A stretch of DNA of 64,000 nt from Curvularia clavata (lineage: Eukaryota). The DNA lies in NCBI GenBank assembly GCA_023920165.1, contig CP089275.1:5146001-5210000 (forward strand), given 5' to 3'. Shown piece after piece: positions 51,346 through 63,000 of the stretch. The stretch's first letter is position 1, and every line of letters starts with the position of its first letter. The notes under the pieces were generated by a model that was not told where the DNA came from, made no database searches, and was given only the letters and a program-made list of their open reading frames with translations. A program made the translations under genes and the position numbers.

Positions 51346-52742
51346 ATGCTGAAGACACATCCAAGTCTCCTCAGAGATAGAGCTCCATTCCCGTTGTTGC
51401 GTCTTTGGCGTCGGGCAAGCACAGCTAAGCGATCATTCTCATCCCTTGTTCTTCAACATCGAGTACGGCCACTTGTCTCGGCAGCAATTCCACCATTTCA
51501 GCATCAATTGTTTGAGAGGCTCCAGAGACACAGCATGTCTACATCGGCAGACTCCCAGGCGTCCAAAAGGTCGCCCAATGCGCCTGTTGTTCCCCGACCT
51601 AGTGCGAGGTATGCCGTAATCCAAGTCATTGCGGCGACTCCATCACATGACCCAAACTAAACACGTCCAGCGTACTCCTGATATCTCCAACGAACCAAAT
51701 TTTGCTTCTTCATCGTGTCTCCAAAGCTTCTACCTTTGCTTCTGCCCATGTTTTCCCTGGTGGCGCAGTCTCAAAGACTCACGATGGTGAGATGCCTGGC
51801 CCAGACCATCCGGATAGACACCGAGACGGACCTGCCTACCGCATGGCAGCCGTTCGAGAGACTTTTGAAGAATGTGGTATTCTACTTGCAAAGAACAAGA
51901 AGACCGGAAAACTCTTCACTGAGATCAGTGACGAAGAAAGAGAGCAAGGAAGAAGAGATGTTCACAGCGGGAAGATCAAATTTGGCGACTTATTGGAGAA
52001 ATGGGGCGCCGTTCCCGACACTCAATCGCTCATTCCATTCACACGCTGGGTAACTCCCGCAAAGACACCCGCAACCCTTCCCAAACGCTTCACGACCCAA
52101 ATGTACATATACTTTCTCCCTCTTGGCTCCGTCTCTCCCACCAAGCACGCCGCTCCAAAGGGCACACCACCCTCCTCCGGCCTCGCAGAAGAAGACGAAA
52201 TCATCATCCCAAAGCCTACGCACGACGGCGGGATTGAACACACTGCTGCCCGCTTCCTCCCTCCTAACAAATGGATCGATCTCGCGCGTCAAAACAGAAT
52301 CATCTTATTTCCACCCCAGTTCTTCCTCACACTCCTCCTCTCCCCCTATCTCTCCGCCACCGTAACCTCACCTTCTTCACCCACCCCTTCCTCTGCCGAA
52401 CTCCAAGCCGAGCGTGACAGGCTCCTAGATTTTCTACACAAGCCGCGCGTCTACAACGGGCAGCCTGAAGTCCCCTTCACCGAAGCCTGCATCTCGCCCA
52501 TGACACTGGGCAAAGGTGAGTATGGTGAGAGCAAGCAGGATGGCATTGGAGGTGTGGATAAGAGCACCGCGGTGCTGGTGTTGGATCGACCGGGAAAGGA
52601 AGTTGAAGAGCAGGGGCAGGGGAGGATGGGGATTAGGGAGTGGGTTATCACTGCGAAGTTTAAGAAGGAGGGGCCGAGGGATGTGGATGTTAGAAGGAGG
52701 GAGGAGGTGCTGGGGGATGGTGGGGTGAGGGGGAAGTTGTAA
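51346..52742 (+). CDS. Nudix hydrolase, NUDT19-like (acyl-CoA diphosphatase type); intron 51609-51670; alternative start at 51535
   Basis: PRPSASVLL, HVFPGG, AAVRETFEECGILL Nudix box, RWVTP..KRFTTQMY, LFPPQF. Confidence 0.88.
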
Positions 52743-53525
52743 GGGTAGATGGTAAGCATGACAGGGACTTTTTCCTTTTGTAAAGTCATCCAAGATGTTT
52801 GACAAGGTTTACCCACGTGTATGGAAAATCAACAATGACGAGGTTACGAAAATAGGAACATGAGCTTGAACAATCTAATGTCCATCCCTGCGTGCCGAGA
52901 CACCCTGCGTAGCGAGACGCTACAGTTTCTATGCTACACAATAAGACCTTCTATAGACTATTAGAAGACATATTCTTAAAATGAAAACTTCTTATCTTAA
53001 AGTCTCGTATAATCTAAAAATCTATAAAAAATCTGCTATAATTACTGTATAATATAACAGCTTATAGTAGTAGCCATACTATCCCCTACCTTTAATCTGC
53101 TACTAGTGCCTTAGAAGTCGTCCTATCCTATAGAAAATCCTGCAGCCTATATTATAATATTTAGCTATTTGATCTTAAGATTTACGCATAATTTCAAGAC
53201 TTTAGCAAGTTTTTAAGGTAATTTTGATCATATGTGCCAGAAATCGCAGACGGGGACAACCTTAGCATCTAGCTTAAAGCAGCTTAGTCGTAATCTATAA
53301 AGTCTAGATGCACTTATACAAGTCATATATAGCTGGCCTGGCCAAGACATAACTCAATAAGCCCGATAACCCAAGGCGGTCTGCTTATCTACAGTGCCGT
53401 ATAGTTGTGACCGCTATTATATAGATATTACATTTTTCTCTAATACATATAATTTGTATTACTGAATAACTGTGTACTCTTTATTTTGTAGATAAAACTA
53501 GGTGACAGTGCAGTGCTGACGTGTC

Positions 53526-56267
53526 TTACTTTGCCCGCCACTTATTTAGTGATGCAAATGACCATTTGGTGTAAAAATGACTTGCGCCAAGGACTGTGTG
53601 GCAGAGCTGCCAGCATGTCTCTAGCAAAGAGAGAGCCTCCTCGTCTCGTCCTTGAATCTTGAGAGTAAAGGCGAGATTGTTCATGCTGGTCAGCGTAGAG
53701 GGATGCTCCTCGCCAAGCACCCTCTTTCTCGTCTCTATCACTTGCACCTCTAGCTCTTCAGCCTCCTTCCACCGCCCTTGCTTCCTATACGTCGACGCTA
53801 GATTCGCTATACTAGTCAGCGTAGAGGGATGCTCCTCGCCAAGCACCCTTAAGCTCATCTCTGTCACTTGCACCTCTAGCTCTTCAGCCTCCTTCCACCG
53901 CCCTTGCTTCCTATACGTCGACGCTAGATTCGCTATACTAGTCAGCGTGTTAGGATGCTCCTCGCCAAGCACCCTTAAGCTCATCTCTGTCACTTGCACC
54001 AACAACTCTTCAGCCTCTTTCCACCGCCCTTGCTTCCACTACGTCGACGCTAGGTTCGCTATACTAGTCAGCGTGTTAGGATGCTTCTCGCCAAGTACCC
54101 TTAAGCTTATCTCCATTACTTGCACCTCTAGCTCTTCAGCCTCCTTCCACCGCCCTTGCTTCTCGTACGTTGACGCCAGGTTCGCCATACTAATCAGCGT
54201 AGAGAGATGCTCCTTACCAAGCACCCTCTTTCTCGTCTCCATCGCTTGCACAAACAGCTCTTCTGCTTCATTATACCGTCCATCACTATACATAGTCATT
54301 GCATATTTCCATGTTAGCATAGACCTTCCGTCACTATCTACTTCAGGAGATCTGTACGATAGAGCGTACTTAGTATGCGGGAGCAATCGTCTCCACTTGC
54401 TCCTATTTTGATGGTTATGGTCTGGGAATACTCGAAGCAGCTGAGTAAAAGCATGCTGGGTCTGTTGGCTCATCCGATCTTGCTGCTGAAGCCACTCCCG
54501 TATTCCATAATGAACTAGTCGGTGCACGTCCAATGCAGAATCTTCAGGCCGCCTGGTAACGAGCGCGTACCTGCTCAGAACCTGTACTGCTTGTTCTCGC
54601 TCTGAGTGACTATTTGCATCGAATAGATCGAGAGGAATGTCCTTGTAGGCCATGCAAGCAGTAAGTAGCAGAAAGTCTGCTGCAAGCGCATGCATACGGC
54701 GGATCTCATCGAGAGAGATGAATAGCGTGGCAGCTACAGGACTCTTTGCGCTCCACCCCTGTTGTCTGTCCCCTACTTTTCTACTGCCTTGCTTGACGTC
54801 GTGCTCGTTACGCGTGTTTAATTGTGATCGGTAACCTTGAAGCGTTGTCGCTGTAGCATTAATGTATGCTGTTGCTTGCACAATCGCCAGCGGGAGACGT
54901 GAAAGCTCTTCTAGCAAAAGATACGCCTCCTGCTGCTCGCTTGAAGATACTGGCGTGTTCAAATAGTTCTCTAACATTATTCTGGCAGCATCTGGTGTCA
55001 GCTCGTGTAATTCTATGAGCGTGTTAAACGCTACTTGCTTAGCTAGACTGCTATTAGTTGTTGTAAACACGGCGGAGCATCGTTTTGACTGAGGTAGGTA
55101 CGTAGTCAAGTCTGCTCCCCGTACTGCCGATAGCCCGCTAGATCCTAGACTGATGTCTTCTGTGTTGTCTAAAATCAGCAAGCAGTGCGCTTCGCTCTCT
55201 TGTTCGAGACGAAGTTTAACGAGCTGCTTAGTGTCTGTCTTCTCATCGTCCCAGCCCGGAATGTCGAGCCTCTGCGCAATGCTAGTGTACGATTGATCAA
55301 AACTGTCTTTGTTGCTCGCATCCACCCAGAATACGGAGCAAGACTTGTTTTTCCATCTCGTTCTATACGCAAGCTCGAGCGCTAGCTGTGACTTGCCTGT
55401 TCCGCCAGGCCCTACTATCGCTAACATTGTAGTGGTGTGCTTATCGGCAAACAGCTTTGCCTCTAGCGTAGCAATTTGAGACTCGCGTCCTACAAATTGG
55501 TCGTTGCGGGAAAACGGAATGATAGAAGGTATGCTATCGGCCATCTCTACTTCCATCTGGAGTCGTCTCCGCGCTCTGTCCTTCCCTTCACTATAGTTGG
55601 CCTGCATGGTCACATTGACGAGTCCAAGAAGGCAGTATACGATGTCTTCCTCCTCAGTAGTCTTGCGATTATCCGCCCAGTGCATTCGCTCGTGTCGGGT
55701 AAATTGGTCTAAGGGAAGATTGCGTAATGCTGCGAGCGGAATGCGAGTAACTTCATGCACGACTTGCTCTAGATCAGATTTGTCGCCTAGTCGGTGCTCT
55801 TCGTAGCTGAAAAACTCCACTGATGCTGGCGCAATCAGCTCTTGGAGCGTCCAGCCCCGAGTGAACCATTCGCTTGCCCGGAAGGATGCTTCCCAGTCGC
55901 TACGTTTTGGTGTGTCCGTCGCAGCAAGGACCGAGACATCCGACAGGAACACGTAGCATTTCGTCGCGTTACTGTACCAGCGAAACATGGAGTTGATTGC
56001 TCTCGAGCGCTCACGACTGTTCCATCGGTCAATACAGCACGTATCAATCCAGAAGTACTGGAGCTGGTCCTGGGCGGCCTGTTTGGCACAAAACAAAAGC
56101 TTGTGATAGCCATCCTTCTTCTCTTTGTATTCTCCGCTCGCTATGTCTTCAAACAGAATTTCTGACTTCTGCCATCGGTGCGAAAGGATAGCGTATGGTG
56201 GGACAGGCTTCCCGTGGAAGTCTGTTAAGATAAGTCGGTTCAAATGATCAAAGTGGAGGAGTCGCAT
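53526..56267 (-). pseudogene. HET-NB-ARC-TPR fungal NLR with an in-frame TAG in the TPR array (truncated allele or pseudogene)
   Basis: HET motifs PPYAILSHRW, YFWIDTCCID, AINSMFRWY, WFTRGWTLQELIAP; Walker A GPGGTGKS, LLILDN, DVHRLVH; 42-aa TPRs. The stop at 54039-54041 is followed by the same frame continuing to 53526. Confidence 0.88.
53660..54290 (-). repeat. Five ~126-bp high-identity TPR repeats
   Basis: QGRWKEAEELEVQV.E...RVLGEEHP.TLTS.ANLAST units, near-identical at DNA level. Confidence 0.92.
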
Positions 56268-57289
56268 GGCTGCAGTACGAAAAATACAATCAAGATAGTG
56301 AGGAGCTGATGATGCTGGCAGCAGACTGCAAAGGCAGGCTGTTGAAGCACGAAGCATTGAGGCGCTGGCCTGGCTCAGCCCCAGAACCCCGCCTTCCGGT
56401 GAGGCGAGAAGTACACAGCCTGCTCGCACTGCCGTCTCTATTGCACTGAGAGAAGGAGTAGGTCATTTCAGTGGCTTCTGTCCAGTCTGCTCAGCCAGGA
56501 TGCGCTGCTAGGGTTCTTCTCACTTCAAGCGATGATGCTGGTTGACTGAGTTATGTCCCTCTCAGCGAGTTCACGTTAGCCCCAGTCGTGTTGCGAGGCA
56601 CAGATGGATCAAGCACGTGATGTTTTGACTCGTGCACAGATGGCTAGTGTCAGCAGCAATACATTACAGCTAAGCTACTTTCAGGCTAAGGCTCTGTGCT
56701 GTCCTTACTATGCATTCTAGCTGGCGGAGTTTGAATGAGCATAGAAGCATGCCAACACTTTAGATAGGCACAGGATTCTCAGAATAAGTTAGACATAACA
56801 TTTTTAGTATACTACCGGAATGATAGCAGAGTGCACAAGCTTTTGGCGCACTTACGGGTAGTGGAAGGCAAGCGATTGTGTGGCTCTTTTAGTAAGTTGT
56901 TGTATTACACGATAATCACAGCAGATTTTTCGCAGATTTTCAGGTTGCACGAGACTTTAAAATAGGGATTTTTTATTCTAAGAACATATCTTCCTACAGT
57001 TTACAGAAGGTTTTGTTGTGCAGAGTAGAAGCTGTAGCGTCTCGCTACGCAGGGTGTCTCGCCACACAGGGAGGGACCTTTGGCATTCGAAGTTTTCGTG
57101 AACAACACAATTCATAATTAAACTAGATAATCATTGCATCGTGCATCTACATCATCTCGTCGTGAGCATCATGTGTAAAAATCCGCGTGGGCGTCGTATC
57201 TGTAGAAACTGAGAAGAAATAAAAAATCTATCCAAGAATCGGCCGTGAAAGTCGTCCATTCATCATCATCATCATCTTCGTCATCATGA

Positions 57290-59529
57290 TCATGATCTCT
57301 GAATCTCCACAATCGTGTCCCCACTCTTCGACTCCGGCTTCACCTTCTCCACCTCTTCATACGCCTTCTCATCCGCCAGCGTGCCCATGCGCATAAGCCC
57401 ACTCTCTCTGCCTTCGCCCATCCTCTGCACCATACGCTGAATATTCGGATGGCTCGGCTGGGGTCTTTGACTCAATCGCCTCGCCGGGATATGGTGACTC
57501 CTTCCGAGTCTTGCACGCATCGCTTCTTCGGTAGTCAAGGAGCGATGGACAGGGGTACGCGGCGGCACGTTTTCATCGTCTGGTAGCTTTTTCTTCTTGT
57601 CCTTTTTAGGGTGGATGAAGCGCCAGAGTTCCTTGGTCTTTTGCGCCCAGATGCTGTAGCCGTATTTTGTAGAGAGGAAGCCGATGATGCTGAAGAAGGG
57701 GATGCAGATGGCGGCTAGCACGATGCCGAAGTTGACGAAGTTGGCGCGGTCGGGCATGTTGGTCATGCCGAAGATGGAGGTGACGAAGGTGAGGGGCTGG
57801 TTGGGTGGGCGGGTTAGTGGGCTCGTCTCTAACTGTGTTTGCAGAGTGGTGTGAACTTACCATGAAGAAAAGGTTGACAATGGTGAGCACCTTGATGTTG
57901 TAGCCTTGGTGTACAGTAACATCTGCTAATTCAACAGACTTTCGTGATTCCTGAATGCTAGTGCCTGAGAAGAGCTGTTCCTGCAGCGTTTCAATCTCGT
58001 GTCGCCTTTCGTTGTTTTCGGCAATGATTGTTCGGAGCTCTTTCATCTCGCGCTCAAACTGCAGCCTTAGTAAACGTAGCCGCCGTTTCCAGTGCTCATT
58101 TCGTGGCGACTCTTCGAACAACGGCCACAGCATCTTGTTCGTGCCTTCCCAGATGTCCTCGGTGAAGGTATCTTCAAAAGCGTCGATCATGGATTTGATG
58201 CTGTTGTTGACATTGCCCAGCGTCTGATGGGCGTAAAAGTAACGGCGCGTCCAGGTAAAATCCTTGTCTTCAAAAAGACGATTTCGCCGCAGGTCCTCAT
58301 CGAACAGAAAGCCCAATGGCGGAGTAACAAGTTCGGTAATGCGCTTGTAGATCTCATCATATCTCTTTCGTGCGTCCCGGTATTCTGTCAGTAGGGCATG
58401 CAAAAATGCCTCGGCGCCGTTGAGGAATTTGTGTCCAGTTTCAAAGGTATAAGGTGTTCCATGGGCTTTAGGTAGATTGGGTTAGCGTTCTGGTCTTCAT
58501 GTTGGGTGTAGGCTGGCGGGGATAAATACCAGGCTGTGATTTCCAATCGGGAAAGCATTCGAGTTGCAGAACCTGCCATGGGCTCCATACATCCGAGACA
58601 TGCCCAAACCGGGTTTTGGCGCGTCTGCCCCGGTTGCGGATGCGGCGGGGGTTCTCATCGTGGAATACTAGTGCAACGATGGCGCTACATCGGGCCAAGG
58701 GGATGTGGTGCTCACCATCAGCAGCACCACTTACACTGTCGGCGCGCTGCCAATGAGCCGGTCTGCAATCTTCCCCGATTATTGTGTAGTACTCGAAGTT
58801 GAAATAAAAAGAGCTCTGATGCTTGGGATCTTCGTCAAAGGCCCGGAACATGTGCGCTGAAGAGGCCTCTGTCTCAACAAGTCTTTGAAAGAGTTCATCC
58901 ATGTCAAAGGCTTTGTGCAGAGTCAGATGCAGGGCACCAAATAAGATCGGAGAAGGTTCACGCGCAATAGTGATGCGTCCGACTACGACTTCGTCCTCAT
59001 GCTTGGCAACCTCTTTCAGTGATTCCCAGATTTGAGTTGCATTGGACATGTCGTTGTCAGGACTGGCGACTTCAACCAACTGGGGTAGTCCATTACGGCC
59101 CACGTTGTAGACCTGGAAATGTGAGTAATGGCTGCGATCTTCTGCTGGGCTGGAATCCTGGTGAAACAGATGGGGTTGTTTTGCAAGCTTGACGGGATCA
59201 GCGAGAACAGGTGCCAAGATCTCTCTGCCGTGCACGTTCCAGGAGTGATTTCTGAGATGTTCGCGAAGGTGTTCATGGTCGAAAGAGTGAGTCGGAAGTT
59301 CATCCTGAACAAAGAAATCATCCTCGTCGTCGTCGCTGTCATCTGAAAGTGTTGAGGTGTCAGCAAAGACAGTGTCGCCACCGAGTCGCGTGGAGGAACG
59401 TCGAAGGCGTGAAGCATCAGATGGCTTGAAAGTATCATTGGTTACCGATAGGCTGTTCAGTAGTGCGTCGTGAGAGCGCTGGAGCGTCTCGAGCTGCTGT
59501 TTCAGCTCCTCAAGTTCTGTGTTCGCCAT
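57290..59529 (-). CDS. CorA-like (Mg2+ transporter-like) membrane protein, 3 exons
   Basis: Long soluble N terminus, coiled coil, then NIKVLTIVNLFFM|PLTFVTSIFGMTNMP and a second TM helix; splice sites restore the frame. Confidence 0.75.
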
Positions 59530-60504
59530 ATGTTTGTCCTGTCGCTAAGTGAAGAGGCATCGAAGATGCAGTTGGCAGAGATCGCGTTTGTCAAGCTTCC
59601 AGCTTATGTTGCCCAGAATTGTTGATTCCTTTCTTGGCCCCCACCCGCCTTGCAGATGGCCCAGCCTTCCACCAAGCGGTCGAAGACTCCGTCCAATGCC
59701 CATCGAAGCTAGTGTGGAGCAGACGCAGGAGCCGCACTCAGGAGAGGGGCTCTTGTCATAGAGCATGTGTCGAATTGTGATGATGTGCAAGTTAAATGCC
59801 CATGATGTGGCTCACCGCCCTTTTCCGGCTTGCCAAGCCTCTCGACAATCCGGTGCAGGCCCGATGCAGAGGCATAAAGCGCGAGGGTTCGACCAACTTG
59901 CCCGACAACTGTGCGCTGTATGCAAAGTGAAGTGGCTGGTGACCGCCTCTTCCACGGAGAGTAGGTGGCGAAGGATGCGCCAAGAATCCCGTGGATGCGT
60001 GCTGAGCTTCCCGCCCAGGCGTACCAAACTCATCGCCGCTTGCAAATATATAGTAGATGACATGTGTCGATAATGCCCACACCCACTGGAACACTAAAGC
60101 AAAATATCTCTCCTACCACTAGTAAAACTGCAAAATCAAAACGAGCCACCTACGCTGCCAACACAATAGAAGACACTGCGACAACTACCGCTATTTTTGA
60201 AAGTAGAGATAGAAGTGCTAAGAACACAGTGAACAATAAATATCCGTGACAACTACAGCTACTTTTAAAAGCGGCAGGTTTTTATAGGTTGCCATTTTCC
60301 AGTTCCGTCAGACACGGGAGAGAATGTATACGTAGGGAAAGATGGGTACGAGGACCGATATACCGGAGACCTTGGTGTCCGCTCATTGGTGCTCGCTTAT
60401 CTCAGTCCCCGTTTTTCGGAGTAAAGACGCCATTCACCTAATATGTGTCATCACTTTCTTTACACTCGCCAACAGCTATACTCAACAGGTATTGAGAGGC
60501 CAGC

Positions 60505-62490
60505 ATGTCCTCCATCAATGCTTACTACTGGCTGTTTCTGCCGATAGTGTTGGCCGCCCTCATTTATCAGTTTGGACCACAAGCTTTCGTGAGACAACAG
60601 TATTGCTACAAGTCTGTCAGAACACTATCTCCCGAACTACCCGACGTTCATTGTTTTACTGTCCATGATGGTAAATTCTCAAGCGTGTACTCCGGCGATG
60701 CTGCCTCCGAAAAGACAAAAGAAGCTCGCACAGGTTATGTAAGTTCTCTCCATAAGCTATCACGTTGGCTAGATCCATTCTGGTCTTTCGTGTTAATCAA
60801 CTACAAGGTTTATCCGGGCTTTTGGGATGGACACGGGCATCTGATGCAATTTGGAGAGTCTCTAGACTCTGTGAGCTTATTTGGTGCGAGCTCAATGGCT
60901 GAGGTTCATCAAAAACTACTCGAATACAAGACGAAACGTTCCGAAAAAGGCACGGCCGATGAGTGGCTTAGAGGCGTGGGCTGGGATCAAGCACATTTCG
61001 GGCGCTGGCCGACCTCTGTAAGTGTCTCAAGAATACAGTAGTGAGGCAACTACAAGTGTTCAAGATTTCTGCTATTACTTCTGGCAGCTACTACTGGAGT
61101 TGGCTACAAGTTCCTTGTTAAGTGGCAGAGTCATCATTGAAGTCTGTACGTATACAAATGGTCTGCTAATACCCACTACAGTCAGATCTGGAGATATCAC
61201 AAATGTTCCAAGATCTCTATGTAATGTTGGATCGAGTAGATGTTCACTGCATCTGGGTATCCGACAAGGTACTTGATCTTCTCCCATCACCACTGCCAGA
61301 TGTGCCTGGAGGTGAGATACCCGCCAAGGGCGTGTTCTGCGACAACGCCATGGACATTGTTCTTGAACACTATCCGAAGCCCGGAAAGGAGCGAAAGACC
61401 AAGTTCATCAAAGCTGCAATGGCCGAGTTGAACCGGCATGGCATCGTGGGAATGCATGATGCCGGAGTTGTTCCCGAAGACCTCAAGCTGTATCAAGAAC
61501 TTGCAAACGACGGAGACTGGACGGTTAGGGTCAATGCCATGATTGAATGCCCTGTGAGGAATACAGTTTGCTGGGACGCAGCGGAGAGATTCAGTATGCC
61601 AAATGGCAAGCTTCAGGTAAAGAGCGTCAAGCTTTTCGCAGGTACGTTTACCATTACCCCCGATATGAGAAACATGCTCATGTGACAAAGACGGAGCATT
61701 AGGAAGCTGGGGAAGCGCAATGATCGAGCCTTATAGCGACAAACCCACATCTTCAGGCTCACTTCTTGTGAATGCAACAACGCTGTCACAAGTCACTTAT
61801 GCATGGTTGAGCAACATGTACCAAGTCAACATCCACGCGATCGGTGATCTTGCTAATCGACTGGCAATTGATGCACTTGAAATGGCCTTGGAAATATGGT
61901 GCCTTGGCGCTGGCCCTCACGAATGCCAGGTGCATCGTCGAGTAAGAATCGAGCATGCCCAAATCATCCATCCGGATGATCAGCTCAGAATGAAACAGCT
62001 GGGGATAATTCCGTCAATACAGCCTACCCACGCTACATCAGATATGGGCTATGCAGAGAGCAGACTCGGGCTGCAACGGACAAAAGACGAAGCGTATCGC
62101 ATGCGTTCACTTTTACCGCTTCGTCTGGTCTTGGGAAGCGATTTTCCAGTCGAGCCCCCAAGCATACTCGAGGGTATATACGCAGCCATGACGCGACGTA
62201 GCCCACGAACAGGTCTGGACCAAAACGGTGGTAAAGATGGCTGGTATCCTGAAGAGACTTTGAGCTTTGACCAAGCTTTGGAGGGCTTTACTTTAAACCC
62301 TGCATACGCTGCATTTCTTGAAAAGGAAGCTGGTAAAATAGAGGTGGGAATGTTTGCGGACTGGGTTGTTTTCGATGAAGAGTTGGAGACTATGGACGTT
62401 GAGGCACTACGTAAAGCGACAGTAAGAGAAACGTGGGTTGCTGGCAAACGGGTTTATCAAAGGCCTGAAGGCGGAGATATTGCTCGATAG
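60505..62490 (+). CDS. Amidohydrolase-3 (YtcJ-like) metallo-hydrolase with an N-terminal membrane anchor, 4 exons
   Basis: PGFWDGHGH, RVDVHCIW, VKLFADGALGSWG, IHAIGDLAN, RIEHAQ, SIQPTHATSD, LGSDFPVE. Confidence 0.9.
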
Positions 62491-63000
62491 AGTCTCCTTG
62501 AGTATCACGCCTGGAATGGCGTCCTTAAGCCGCATGAATTCATCACGTTCTTTGGCGGTTCTGGCAGCTTTGCTGAAGCCATTCGATTCAAAATGTCTTA
62601 GACTCATATTAGAAGCATCAAAAGATTCTTCGTTTGCTTCCTTATCAGGCTTCGAGTCACACAGTCCTTGCGTTTGTCACAGTGCACAAAACCCTTGCAT
62701 ATCTCTCGCATTGAGCATAGGTCCCGCGCCGTTTGCTGCCTTTTCCTAGTGCAGTCTAAACATCCATTACGGTGCTTATAGCCAACCAGGTACTGCGTAA
62801 TACTCCTCCACCATCCACACCTACAACCTGTGCCTCACGCGGAGAAGACTCCAACTTGTCATCGTCCACACGCCACAATCCCCCGTACGGGTGCCTGATC
62901 TTCGATAGTAGGACATAATGTCTTCAGTAAGTGACGTATTCGTAGTCTCATTATTAACCCGGCACAAAATATTAACAAACGATACTACTAGACACTAGAC

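Larger units (their letters stand above)
52880..57077. mobile_element. Non-autonomous element with ~217-bp terminal inverted repeats carrying a HET-NLR gene
   Basis: 52880-53096 aligns without gaps to the reverse complement of 56861-57077 (~77% identity by hand count, mostly transitions). No transposase inside and no clean TSD. Confidence 0.8.

Noticed and set aside
53659..54411. 250-aa repetitive plus-strand ORF
   Set aside because: Antisense reading of the TPR repeat array.
52866..57091. TTGAACAATCTAA / TTTGGCATTCGAA as target-site duplication of the TIR cassette
   Set aside because: Only 8/13 identical and an atypical length; not distinguishable from chance.
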